From assembly GCA_951406725.2 (NCBI GenBank), contig OX597838.1, positions 19,778,001-19,842,000 on the forward strand: DNA of 64,000 nt. The letters run 5' to 3'. The first letter of the stretch is position 1; every line of letters begins with the position of its first letter. Both the position numbers and the translations under genes were made by a program. Positions 25,640 to 38,157 of the stretch are shown one piece after another. Below the pieces are notes generated by a model. The model was not told where the DNA came from, did not search any database, and saw only the letters and a list, made by a program, of their open reading frames with translations. This DNA comes from Octopus vulgaris. Lineage: Eukaryota.

Positions 25640-26053
25640 TATTGAGGAGACCTATTGAGTCAAGTACATCAACATCAAAATGAAAATCAAATAGAAATTG
25701 TAGTTGTGATACCTGTGCCAGTGGCGCATAAGAAGCAGTCCAAACGTGGCCGATGCCAGCGCCGCCTTGACTGGCGTCCGTGCCAGTGGCACGTAAAAAG
25801 CACCAACCAATCGTGGCCGTTGCCAGCCTCCTCTGACCCCTGTACCAGTGGCATGTAAAAAGCACCAACTACACTCACGGAGTGGTTGGCATTAGGAAGG
25901 GCATCCAGCTGTATAGAAACATTGCCACATCAGAATGGAGCCTGGTGCAGCTTCCTGGCTTACCAATCCTCAGTCAAACAGTCCAATCCATGCTAGCATG
26001 GAAAACGGACCTTTAACGATGATGAAGATGATGATGATGATGATGATGATGAT
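25640..26053 (+). mobile_element. RTE LINE 3' UTR fragment
   Basis: GGAGTGGTTGGCATTAGGAAGGGCATCCAGCTGT...CCATGCTAGCATGGAAA...(GAT)n, homologous to 31474-31656. Confidence 0.8.
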
Positions 26054-26604
26054 GGCAAGTTTCAAAGCTAAAAGGTTACAGAATAGCTGCAGTCTAATCA
26101 CAGAAACGGTGAAAGGATAAAAGAATTATTAATGCAATCCATTATTAGATAGACAGGATGGGCAGGGATTTTCAGCATTTCAATTCTTTTCATGCCACCA
26201 AGTAAACATTCACTTGTTTTCACTTAAGTTGCCAGGATAGCTTCTTTTATTTCTTACTTGTTTCAGTCATTAAACTGCGGCCATGCTGGGGCACCGCCTT
26301 GAAGATGTTTTAGTCGAATGAATCAACTGTAGTATTTATTTATTTTTTAAAACATGGTACTTGTCCTATCAATCTCTTTTGCCGAACTGCTCAGCTATGG
26401 GGACATAAACACATCAACAACAGCTGTCATGCATAGCGGAGGACAAACACACCCAAATACACACAAACACACAACTTATAAACAAGAGCAAAAGAAAATG
26501 TTTATAAGTGGTTTATGATTTTAACCTTAAAAGATATTTTAATATGCTGCCACTTTTTCTTGATGAAATTTTTTTCTGTAAAAAAACTTCATCCTATATT
26601 AGTA

Positions 26605-26643
<39 letters not shown>

Positions 26644-26644
<1 letters not shown>

Positions 26645-26997
26645 CTTTGGTGTTGGAGAAGACTTTTACGGGTTCCATGGACAGCGAGGCTCACCAATGG
26701 AGAAGTTCTTAAGCAGATCAGGTCGAAAATGTCGCTTGAAGCTAGGATCACCAAGCATATATTGGCATATTTCGGTCATATTATGCGGAGAAAATCCCTG
26801 GAGAAGGGCATCATGCTCGGAATGGTCAGGGGCAAGAGAGGAAGAGGTCGACCAAGAACCCGCTGGCTTGACACTATCAAGAATGATACCAGAATGGACA
26901 TAGCCAGTCTGAAAGAAGCACCCCAGGATAGAACTGACTGGAGGACACTGATCCAACGAGTAACCGAGAGTCGACTTCGACTGAGCGGATAGATAGA
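26644..26997 (+). mobile_element. RTE (BovB-like) LINE 3' fragment inserted in a (TA)n tract within a SINE
   Basis: WCWRRLLRVPW...AYFGHIMRR...GKRGRGRPRTRWLDTIK; (GATA)n tail. Confidence 0.85.
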
Positions 26998-27259
26998 TAC
27001 ATATACAACAGGCTTCTTTCAGTTTCCATCTACCAAATCCACTCACAAAGCTTTGGTCAGCCCAAGGCTATAGTCAAAAATTCAAGGTGCCATGCGGTGG
27101 AACTGAACCCAGAAACATGTGGTTGGGAAGCAACCATCTTACCACACAGCCACGCCAAACAAATTTTTTTATGTATTTTCAAAGGAGTTGAAGAGAGAGT
27201 AAAAATTAAAACGAACAAATAATAAAAATGAATTTCTTTTTAAAAATATAAAGTGTTTG

Positions 27260-27265
27260 TTTATT
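27260..27265 (-). terminator. Polyadenylation signal AATAAA of the NOL7-like gene
   Basis: TTTATT on the plus strand, 8 nt after the stop codon, followed by T-rich sequence on the minus strand. Confidence 0.55.
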
Positions 27266-27273
27266 CAAGTGTT

Positions 27274-27317
27274 TTATCTTGCTCTTTTCTTCTTTAACTT
27301 CATGAAGTAGCTTTTTG
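27274..27317 (-). CDS. NOL7: NOL7-like nucleolar protein, coding exon 6 (last): (A)KSYFMKLKKKRAR*
   Basis: Acceptor TTTCCTCTTCTATTCACAG; phase 1 matches exon 5; TAA at 27276-27274; basic C-terminus and downstream AATAAA. Confidence 0.7.
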
Positions 27318-27469
27318 CTGTGAATAGAAGAGGAAATTCATTATAGCAATAAACAATTTAATACTATATATATATATGGTTCACATTTACTAAAAACAAA
27401 AGACAAAGACATGAGGGAACAACAAGCAGGTGTATAAGTTTGACATTTAGGATGTATGATGATGATATT

Positions 27470-28040
<571 letters not shown>

Positions 28041-29130
28041 ACTCTTACTCTTTTACTTGTTTCAGTCATTTGGCTGCGGCCATGCTGGAGCACCGCCTTT
28101 AGTCGAGCAAATCGACCCCAGGTTTTATTCTTTGTAAGCCTTAGTACTTATTCTATCGGTCTCTTTTGCCAAACCGCTAGGTGACGGGGACGTAAACACA
28201 CCAGCATCGGTTGTCAAGCAATGCTAGGGGGACAAACACAGACATACATACATACATATATATATATATGTGTGTGCGTATATATATACATATATATATG
28301 TATATATATACATATATATATTCATATACATATATATACACACACTATGTGTGTACATTTATATATATAAATATATATAAAATATATACATGACAGACAG
28401 ATACAAAAATACAAAACAAAACATACAGCCATGACTCGCAATCAAATATGAGCTGCCAACCACACGGTGTTAGCTGCCCATGTAGTTGCAAGCAGACAGA
28501 CACCCACCCAGCCCTTCCAGCCTCGACCTACATCTAAGATATAACAACTTAAATGGAGAGAGACGGTTGTTCCAACAACTGACCGGTTCAATTGTTGGAA
28601 CAACAATGTATATATGTGTGTGTGTATATATACACACATACATACATACACTTTTATATATACATACATATATATACATATATATATACCTACATATATA
28701 TATTTAGATATACGTGTGTGTGTGTGTATCATCAGAGAAATAATTACCAAGAGTTCTCATCTACCCCTTGCATCTATTGTTCTTCATATTAGAGGGATGA
28801 CAGAAAGTTGTCAGACAACTAAAAATGTTGTTGTTGTTGCTGCTGCTGCTTAAAAATGGGTTCAGGAATGGCCAATCTCTTTTACTTGTTTCAGTCATTT
28901 GACTGCAGCCATGCTGGAGCACCATCCTTAATCGAGCAACTCGACCCCGGGACTTGTTCTTTTGTAAGACCAGTACTTATTCTATCAGTCTCTTTTGCCG
29001 AACCACTAAGTAACGGGGACATGAATACACCAGCATCAGTTGTCAAGCAATGCTAGGGGGACAAACACAGACATACATATATATATATATATATAATGTG
29101 TGTATATATATACATATATATATATATATA

Positions 29131-29179
<49 letters not shown>

Positions 29180-29215
29180 TATATATACATATATATATAT
29201 ATATATGTGTGTGTG

Positions 29216-29289
<74 letters not shown>

Positions 29290-29296
29290 CATATAT

Positions 29297-31652
29297 AACC
29301 TAGTCACCCGTATAGTCAACCAGGTGATACACGAAGGAGTCATACCCAATGACTGGTGTAGCAGCATACTAGTCAACTGCTACAAAGGTAAAGGTGATGC
29401 CCTGGATACAAATAATTACAGAGGTATCAAGCTGTTGGATCAGGTAATGAAGGTTACGGAGAGGGTCTTAGCCCAACTAATTAGAGAGAGAGTTAGTTTA
29501 GATGAGATGCAGTTTGGGTTTGTCCCAGGGAAAAGCACCACTGATGCTATATTCCTGGTAAGGCAGCTGCAGGAGAAATACCTAGCCAAGGATAAGCCCC
29601 TGTACCTGGCTTTTGTTGACATGGAGAAAGCCTTTGATAGGGTCCCCCGATCCCTCATCTGGTGGTCAATGAGGAAACTAGGGATAGATGAATGGCTGGT
29701 GAGGGCTGTGCAAGCCATGTACAGAGATGCCGTAAGTAAGGTTAGAGTTGGCAACATGTACACAGAAGAATTCAAAGTAGAGGTTGGGGTCCACCAGGGT
29801 TCAGTACTCAGCCCCCTCCTATTTATCATAGTCCTCCAGGCAATAACGGAGGAATTCAAGACAGGTTGCCCCTGGGAGCTCCTCTATGCTGACGACCTCG
29901 CTCTAATCGCTGAGTCACTATCAGAACTGGAGGAGAAGTTCCAGGTGTGGAAGGAGGGTTTAGAATCGAGGGGCCTTAGAGTCAACCTAGCTAAAACCAA
30001 AGTACTAATAAGTAGAAAGGTAGAAAACCCACAAATATCATCAGGAAGATGGCCCTGCTCGATCTGTAGAAAAGGTGTAGGTAGAAACTCTATAAGATGT
30101 ACCCAGTGTAAGCTATGGACACATAAGAGGTGCAGCAATGTCAAAGGTAGGCTAACTGGGAAGATAGTTTTTGTATGTGGCAGGTGCTCTGGAGCACTGA
30201 CCTCCGAAAATCTGCAGAAAACAACTTCTGTCACTTTCCGGGGGAAAAACTAGAAGTAGTTGATAGTTTCCGCTATCTAGGTGACCAAGTCAGTAGTGGG
30301 GGTGGGTGCGCTGAAAGTGTAACTGCTAGAATAAGAATAGCCTGGGCAAAGTTTAGGGAGCTCTTACCTCTGCTGGTGACTAAAGGCCTCTCGCTCAGAG
30401 TAAAAGGCAGACTGTATGATGCATGTGTACGAACAGCTATGCTACATGGCAGTGAAACATGGGCCGTGACTGCTGAGGACATGCGTAAGCTCGTGAGGAA
30501 CGAAGCCAGTATGCTCCGATGGATGTGTAATGTCAGTGTACTTACTCGACAGAGCGTTAGTACCTTGAGAGAAATGTTGTACCTAAGAAGCATCAGTTGT
30601 TGTGTGCAAGAGAGACGATTGCGCTGGTATGGTCATGTGGCGAGAATGGATGAAGAGAGGTGTGTGAGAAAGTGCCAATCCCTAGCAGTTGAGGGAACCC
30701 GTGGAAGAGGTAGACCCAGGAAAACCTGGGACGAGGTGGTGAAGCACGACCTTCGGACGTTAGGTCTCACCATGGAAATGACTAGAGACCGAGACCTATG
30801 GAAGTATGCTGTGCGTGAGAAGACCCGGCAAGACTAGTGAAGCCATAATCCGTGGCCCCTACCTGGGACGTAGTCAGTCCACCTGTGCATACCTTCCTTC
30901 TTGTGACACTTGTGAAGACCTGTTGAGGCAAGTGAGAATCGAATCGTATCAAATCAAATCGAACCAAATCAAAATAGATGAACATCAATGGAATTTGTAT
31001 CCTTGTGGTACCAGTGCCGGTGGCACATAAGAAAACCATCCGAACGTGACCGTAGCCAGTACCGCAATGACTGGCCTCCGTGCTGAGGGCACGTAACAAA
31101 CACCATCCGAGCGTGGCCGTCCGCCAGCCTCGTCTAGCACCTGTGTCGGTGACACATAAGAAAACACCATCCGAGCGTGGCCGTCTGCCAGCCTCGTCTG
31201 GCACCTGTGTCGGTGGCACATAAAAAACACCATCCGAGCGTGGCCGTCTGCCAGCCTCGTCTGGCACCTGTGTCGGTGGCACATAAAAAACACCATCCGA
31301 GCGTGGCCGTCTGCCAGCCTCGTCTGGCACCTGTGTCGGTGGCACATAAAAAACACCATCCGAGCGTGGCCGTCTGCCAGCCTCGTCTGGCACCTGTGTC
31401 GGTGGCACATAAAAAACACCATCCGAGCGTGGCCGTCTGCCAGCCTCGTCTGGCACCTGTGTCGGTGGCACATAAAATCACCCACTACACTCTCGGAGTG
31501 GTTGGCGTTAGGAAGGGCATCCAGCTGTAGAAACACTGCCACATCTGACTGGCCTGGTGCAGCCTTCGGGCTTCCCAGACCCCAGTTGAACCGTCCAACC
31601 CATGCTAGCATGGAAAGCGGACGTTAAACGATGATGATGATGATGATGATGA

Positions 31653-31656
<4 letters not shown>
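29297..31656 (+). mobile_element. 5'-truncated RTE-clade LINE: RT domain, PHD-like zinc finger, 3' UTR with tandem repeats and (GAT)n tail
   Basis: [77 protein letters not shown]. One frameshift near 30240; stop at 30837. Antisense within NOL7-like intron 5. Confidence 0.93.
31098..31474 (+). repeat. 63-bp tandem repeat (~6 copies) in the RTE 3' UTR
   Basis: Unit AAAAAACACCATCCGAGCGTGGCCGTCTGCCAGCCTCGTCTGGCACCTGTGTCGGTGGCACAT. Confidence 0.9.
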
Positions 31657-31710
<54 letters not shown>

Positions 31711-31712
<2 letters not shown>

Positions 31713-31969
31713 TCATCATCATCATTTAGCGTCCGTTTTCCATGCTAGCATGGGTTGGACGGTTCTACTGGGGTCTGTGAAGCCAGAAGGCTTCATCAGG
31801 CCCAGTCAAATCTGGCAGTGTTTCTACGGCTGGATGCCCTTCCTAACGCCAACCACTCCGTGAGTGTAGTGGGTGCTTTTACGTGCCACCCGCACTGGTG
31901 CCAGACAGAGCTGGCAAACGGCCACGAACGGATGGTGCTTTTTATGTGCCACCGGCACGAGGGCCAGGC

Positions 31970-31970
<1 letters not shown>
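31711..31970 (-). mobile_element. RTE 3' UTR fragment, inverted relative to 31474-31656
   Basis: (CAT)n, CCATGCTAGCATGGGTTGGACGG, GGATGCCCTTCCTAACGCCAACCACTCC. Confidence 0.85.
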
Positions 31971-32010
<40 letters not shown>

Positions 32011-32058
32011 ATATATATACATATATATATATACATATACATACATTATATATATATT

Positions 32059-32104
<46 letters not shown>

Positions 32105-32821
32105 CATTCATACATATACATATATACATGCATATATCATATATATATATACATGCATATATCATACATATATATATACATACACACACACACACATACA
32201 TATATGTGTATATATATACACACACACACACACACAAATGGCCCAAACTTGTCACACCACACACACTCAAAACTTTGTTGCACTGAATCTTACATGAGAT
32301 TCCCGATAAGAGTACAAGCAGCTATGGAATAATAATTATTCGTTTACACTCCAAAACAATGAATCAGTGGTTTCATTCACTGAACAAGCTGGGACACCCT
32401 TTGTCAGAATTAACGAGGGAGATTCACCAGAAACAAAAGGGAAAAAGAAAAAAGATTTAATCACTGAAATATCAAAAGAAAATATGTGTCATCAAGGAAC
32501 ACAAATAGATAATCAAGGTCGTGGTGAGAATGATGATGATGATAATGATGGTGATTGTGGTGGTGGTGGTGGTGGTGGTGGTTGTATCAGGGTTTTCTAT
32601 ATTCTAATTGTTTAACTGAATGAGAATGTTCACACAGTGTTTAATTCTCACCATAAATTTTCCATTTATCTTTTTCTCAAAATTCCGATTAGTTATGTCT
32701 CTCGTTAGTTATTTTGACTAATTAAGTCTCAGGCTTATTACCACCAAAGACAGTCTAGCCTTGACTACCTGTAACATTCTAACCACTAGACTATACACCT
32801 TCACACACACACACACACAAT

Positions 32822-33305
32822 CTATCTATCCGCTCAGTCGAAGTCAACTCTCGGTTACTCGTTGGATCAGTGTCCCCCAGTCAGTTCTATCCAGGGCCAC
32901 TTCTTTCAGATTGGCTATGTCCATTCCGGTATCACTCTTGATGGTGTCAAGCCAGCGGGTTCTTGGTCGGCCTCTTCCTCTCTTGCCACTGACCATTCCG
33001 AGCATGACGTCCTTCTCCAGGGATTTTCTCCGCATAATATGACCGAAATATGCCAATCTATGCTTGGTGATCCTAGCTTCTAGTGACATTTTCGGCCTGA
33101 TCTGCTTAAGAACTTCTCCATTGGTGAGCCTCGCTGTTCATGGAATCCGTAAAAGTCTTCTCCAACACCAAAGCTCGAATGCATTAATTCTCTTCCAGTC
33201 AGCTTTCTTTAGTGTCCAGGTCTCGCATCCATATGTTGCTATTGGGAAGACAATTGCATTCACCAATCTGCATTTGGTAGCGAGTCTGATGTCTCTACTC
33301 TTCCA
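32822..33305 (-). mobile_element. RTE (BovB-like) LINE 3' fragment
   Basis: TKCRLVNAIVFPIATYGCETWTLKKADWKRINAFELWCWRRLLRIP...GRPRTRWLD; same family as 26644. Confidence 0.88.
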
Positions 33306-33337
33306 CACACACACACGCATATATAGTTTTAGTTTTA

Positions 33338-33830
33338 CCCCATACTTTAAAAGCATAATTTCACACAATGCAACACAACAGGAAGCCAGCTGTTACTGCA
33401 GTGATAAAGACTTGTGCCCACTAAATGAAGCCTGTATGACTGAGGCCATTATTTATGAAGCCACCGTAAGTTCCATAAATGCTAATAATACAGCTTCATC
33501 CAAGAAACATGCAGGTCTCACGGAGGGAAATTTCAAAGCAAGATTCAACAATCACACCTTAAGCTTCAGACACTGGAATAAACGAAAAAACTACCAAATT
33601 ATCCAGTTATATATGGTTCTTAAAAGAACAAGGTGTCGTCAACTATAGAATTTACTGGAAGATCTTAGCCAAGTGCAAACCTTATAGCAACAGTAGTGAG
33701 TGGTAAGTGCAGTCTTTGTGATATGGAAAGATGGTTCATCTGGAAAAGTTCTTTGGACCCCGCTACATGTCTAAATTCAAGAAATTAACTTTTTGGATCG
33801 TGTCCACACGTCACAAAATAACTGTTACGG
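33338..33830 (+). mobile_element. Penelope-like element GIY-YIG endonuclease fragment (decayed)
   Basis: CYCSDKDLCPLNEAC..AIIYEATV...HAGLTEGNFKARFNNHTLSF, then after a frameshift TKLSSYIWFLK...YWKIL...Y..CSLC. This matches the Cys-linker plus GIY-YIG pattern of PLEs. Confidence 0.78.
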
Positions 33831-34199
33831 TTTTGCACCCCCACCCCCCCCGATCATGGCTAGAATCCACATTTCTACTATGTTCCTGTACAAGCTTTCC
33901 AATATGTTTTAATTTCTGTTAATTTTTTAATTTTTTATATATATATATATTTTCATTTTTTCTTTATCCCTTTTTAATTGAGTGTGTATGTGTGTGTGCG
34001 TATGTATATATGAGGGAGTGTGAATGTATGTTTGTATATATATATGTATAAATGTCTAAATATATATGTAAGCACCTATGTGTATATGAGGATGAGGTTA
34101 CACACACACATATATATATACACATGTGCATGTGTGTGGATGTATGAGTACGTACATACATGTTTGTGTGTGCATGTCCAACATCCCCCCATCCCTGGA

Positions 34200-34377
34200 T
34201 CAGAAGGCTATTCTATCAGAGGGTTGTCTATTTAAAGCTGAGTAGACTAAAGCAACATGAAGTGAAGAATACAAATGCATTGCCTGGTCTGGGAATCGAA
34301 CCCAGGATCTAGCAACCGTGAGTGCAACACCCTAACCATTAGGCCACACACCTTCACATATGTCTATGTATGTGTGA

Positions 34378-34421
<44 letters not shown>

Positions 34422-34745
34422 GGCACATGGCTCAATGGTTAGAGCATCAAGCTTACGATTGTGAGGTTGCAAGTTCGATTCCTGGGCCGTGCGTGTTGTG
34501 TTCTTGAGCAAGACACTTTATTTCACGTTGCTCCAGTTCACTCAGCTGTAGAAATGAGTTGCAACGTCACTGGTGCCAAGCTGTATCGGCCCCTCTGCCT
34601 TTCCCTTGGATAACATCAGTGGCATGCAGAGCGGAGGCTGGAATGCATGGGTGACTGCTGGTCTTCCCTAAACAACCTTGCCCGGACCTGTGCCTTGGAG
34701 GGTAACTTTCTAGGTGCAATCGCATAGTCACTCATGGCTGAAGGG
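34200..34745. mobile_element. tRNA-derived SINE family C, head-to-head pair (34200-34357 minus; 34418-34745 plus)
   Basis: GAAGGCACATGGCTCAATGGTTAGAGC...GTTCGATTCC (A/B boxes) then GTGTTCTTGAGCAAGACACTTTA. Related fragments at ~38260-38385 and 45395-45530. Confidence 0.75.
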
Positions 34746-34748
34746 AGT

Positions 34749-34843
<95 letters not shown>

Positions 34844-34904
34844 CGGATGAACAGACAGAGAAGAAATTCACAACATCCATTAGAACTAAATTTCCTCCTC
34901 TTAC

Positions 34905-35011
34905 CGGAATCTCTTTTAATCCTGTTACCATAAAGAGACTGTTGCCGAAAGTTTGATGCAGAATTTGCTCTTTCGTTAATCTTTTTTGTCAATGGAACGA
35001 CTTTAATTCCT
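34905..35011 (-). CDS. NOL7: NOL7-like coding exon 5: (R)GIKVVPLTKKINERANSASNFRQQSLYGNRIKRDS
   Basis: Acceptor TTTTTCCTTCTTTCAG, donor G|GTAAGA; 107 nt, phases 2/1. The A..F.Q..LYG...R motif resembles the NUC129 domain. Confidence 0.8.
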
Positions 35012-35290
35012 CTGAAAGAAGGAAAAAGAAAAATACGGGTCATCATTGAATGGTCACATAACAAAGAATTAGTGTATTTTCCAGTATACAAATTGACACA
35101 GTATATAGTGTAAGCATTTTCAAACAGCACCACCATCTTTCCAAATCCTGCGGCATTTCCCTGGAACTTTGGGTCCTCCAAATTTATTTTGGTGTATAGG
35201 TTGTACATACCTTTCTTGGCTGTAAATTCTGATCCAAAAGGATCTGATTTGTATGCCAGGAAATATAGTACATAAAGCTGACTGCCTTAA

Positions 35291-35509
35291 CCCTTTAGTG
35301 TTCTGATTATTCAATCAAACATAATGCCTATTGATTCCCATTGATTTGAATTAATCATGAATTATCTCATATCTTCAATATCTTGATGATGTAGTTACTT
35401 AATGTAGAATAACATTGTAGGGTAGGTGTGAGAGCCTGGATCTGGTCAGTTTGAACATAAAACAGATTAAATATTTTGGCCGGATATGGCCGGTTTAAAT
35501 ACTAAAGGG
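35291..35509. mobile_element. piggyBac-type MITE
   Basis: TTAA-CCCTTTAGT ... ACTAAAGGG-TTAA; a degenerate relative lies at ~25480-25645. Confidence 0.75.
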
Positions 35510-35678
35510 TTAAAATTAAGACTTAGAGCAAATATGGTAGTCTTAAAATCAAGGTTAGTCATTAAGGCTCACACCAAAATTACTGTCCTAAAATTAAAAT
35601 TTATGATAAAATTAATAACAGCAATAATAATCATAAATAACAACAACATTATAAGATGTAACTTAAGAGGATAAAGAC

Positions 35679-35745
35679 CTGGTTAAGGGGATGAAATTTT
35701 TGTCTTCTGTAAACTCCACTTGATCTTCTCCAGCTGACAGATTAT
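35679..35745 (-). CDS. NOL7: NOL7-like coding exon 4: (D)NLSAGEDQVEFTEDKNFIPLT
   Basis: Acceptor TTTTATTTCATTTCAG, donor AG|GTCTTT (weak); 67 nt, phases 1/2 link exons 3 and 5. Confidence 0.7.
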
Positions 35746-35887
35746 CTGAAATGAAATAAAATTAAATATTTTTAGGCTGCTCTCTCCTTCGCCATCACCG
35801 CAACCCTTGTCAACATGGTTCATTACTTAAAGTAGATGCAATAGAGTGATATAGTCAAGAGAAGCCTGAAGTGAAATAGCTACTACA

Positions 35888-36760
35888 ATCCACCAAGCTG
35901 TAACAAGGCACCACAGAAAGGTACAGTCCACCAAGCTGTAAGGAGGCACCACTGAGAGGTAGAGTTCACTCAGCTGTAAGTAAGTATCACAGTGAGGTAC
36001 AGTCCACCAAGCTGTAAGGAAGTACCACAGAGAGGTACAGTCCACCAAGCTGTAAGGAAGTACCACAGTGAGGTACAGTCCACCAAGCTGTAAGGAAGTA
36101 CCACAGTGAGGTACAGTTCACCAAGCTGTAAGGAAGTACCACAGTGAGGTACAGTTCACCAAGCTGTAAGGAGGTACCACAGTGAGGTACAGTCCACCAA
36201 GCTGTAAGGAGTTAGCATAGAGAGGTACAGTCCACCAAGCTCTAAGGAAGTACCACAGTGAGGTACAGTTCACCAAGCTGTAAGGAAGTACCACAGTGAG
36301 GTACAGTTCACCAAGCTGTAAGGAGTTAGCACAGTGAGGTACAGTCCACCAAGTTGTAAGGAGGTACCAGTGAGGTACAGTTCACCAAGCTGTAAGGAGG
36401 TACCACAGAGAGGCACAGTCCACCAAGCTGTAAGGAGTTAGCATAGAGAGGTACAGTCCACCAAGCTCTAAGGAAGTACCACAGTGAGGTACAGTTCACC
36501 AAGCTGTAAGGAAGTACCACAGTGAGGTACAGTTCACCAAGCTGTAAGGAGTTAGCACAGTGAGGTACAGTCCACCAAGTTGTAAGGAGGTACCAGTGAG
36601 GTACAGTTCACCAAGCTGTAAGGAGGTACCACAGAGAGGCACAGTCCACCAAGCTGTAAGAAGGTACCAGAGAGGCACAGTCCACCAAGCTGTAAGGAGG
36701 TACCACGGAGAAGCACAGTCCACCAAGCTGTAAGGAGGAACCACAGAGAGGCACAGTCCA
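35888..36760. repeat. 38-bp minisatellite, ~23 copies, intronic
   Basis: Unit GTACAGT(C/T)CACCAAGCTGTAAGGA(A/G)GTACCACAGTGAG. Confidence 0.92.
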
Positions 36761-37193
36761 ATTGCAATAAATGTTTTTGCATGTTTTTGTTTTTTTCCTT
36801 TCAATTTCGTTCAGTTGCTTTTTAGCCTCGAGTCAGGTCTGACCCCAGGGGATCTATGATCAAAAATATTTGCCAACAGTAGGTTGTGGCTTGAGGAAGC
36901 CCTAGCTATTATGTCTAGCAAGCTATTATGTCTAGCTGTTCCCATGGTGTGATATTGTTCTTGTATAACACAAGGAGCCTTGATTGAATAGGGACTATGA
37001 TCAAAGACAATCCAATCGTGACCATCCACCTGAGAACCCAAGACCACATTAACCAACATGTCTTTTACTAAGATGGTGGGTGTGTGTGATATGAATGAGA
37101 TTTGGCTGCTATTTCTAACAGATTGAGTGACCATGTTGGGAGCTCCCCTTATTTACTTGTGATGTTATATGAGTATTCAGTTATGGCTTATAC

Positions 37194-37356
37194 CTGTTTG
37201 TTTCTCTTCATCTTCATCATCATCTTCATCATCATCATCATTATCATCATCATCGTCACTAGATGCTGCTGGCAACTGTGGTACAGCTGTCTTTGAAACA
37301 GTTCTAGTGTCTGAAGACTCTTTATCTGATACTTGAACTGCCTTCTGTTTTTCTAA
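37194..37356 (-). CDS. NOL7: NOL7-like coding exon 3: LEKQKAVQVSDKESS...DDDDDNDDDDEDDDEDEEKQT
   Basis: Acceptor TTTCTTCTTTGCAG, donor AG|GTATAA; 163 nt, phases 0/1; acidic tract. Confidence 0.8.
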
Positions 37357-37573
37357 CTGCAAAGAAGAAATATCATATGAAACAAAACAATTATCCAAAA
37401 CATTGGTTTCAAATTTTGACACAAGGCTAGCAATTTTGGGGGAAGGGGTAAGTCGATTACATCAGCCCCAGTATTTAACTGGTACTTATTTTATCGATCC
37501 CAAAATGATGAAAGGTCTAGTCGACCTCAGCAAACTTTTAACAACTCAGAATGTAAAGAAAGACAAAATGTCG

Positions 37574-37651
<78 letters not shown>

Positions 37652-37655
<4 letters not shown>

Positions 37656-38115
37656 TTTTACTTGTTTCAGTCACTTGACTGTGGCCATGCTGGGGCACCA
37701 CTTTTAGTCAAATAAATTGACCACAGGACTTATTTTTTGTAAGCCTAGTTCTTATTCTATCGGTCTCTCTTGCCGAACCAGTGACACACCAGCATCGGTT
37801 GTCAAGCGATGTTGGGGAGACAAACACAAACACACCTAGTTCTTATTCTATCAGCCTCTATTGCTGAACCACTAAGTTTCAGGGATGTAAACATGCCAAC
37901 ATCAGTTGTCAAGTGATGGTGGTGGAACAAACACAGACACATAAATATATACATATATATATATACAATGGGCTTCTTCCAGTTTCTGTCAACCAAATCC
38001 ACTTTGGTCAGTTCGAGGCTAGAGTAGAAGATACTTGCCCAAGGTGTCTCGCAGTGGGACTGAACCCAGAACCATGTGGTCGGGAAGCAAGCTTCTTACC
38101 ACACAGCCACACACT

Positions 38116-38157
<42 letters not shown>

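Noticed and set aside
32330-32463. Alternative last exon of the NOL7-like gene (acceptor TTTGATATTTCAG, VIKSFFFF...)
   Set aside because: In phase, but the peptide is not NOL7-like and there is no clear polyA signal; the 27317 exon fits better.
35888-36760. CRISPR-like periodicity (also 31098-31474 and 49530-49885)
   Set aside because: Contiguous tandem units with no unique spacers, no cas genes, and a eukaryotic context.
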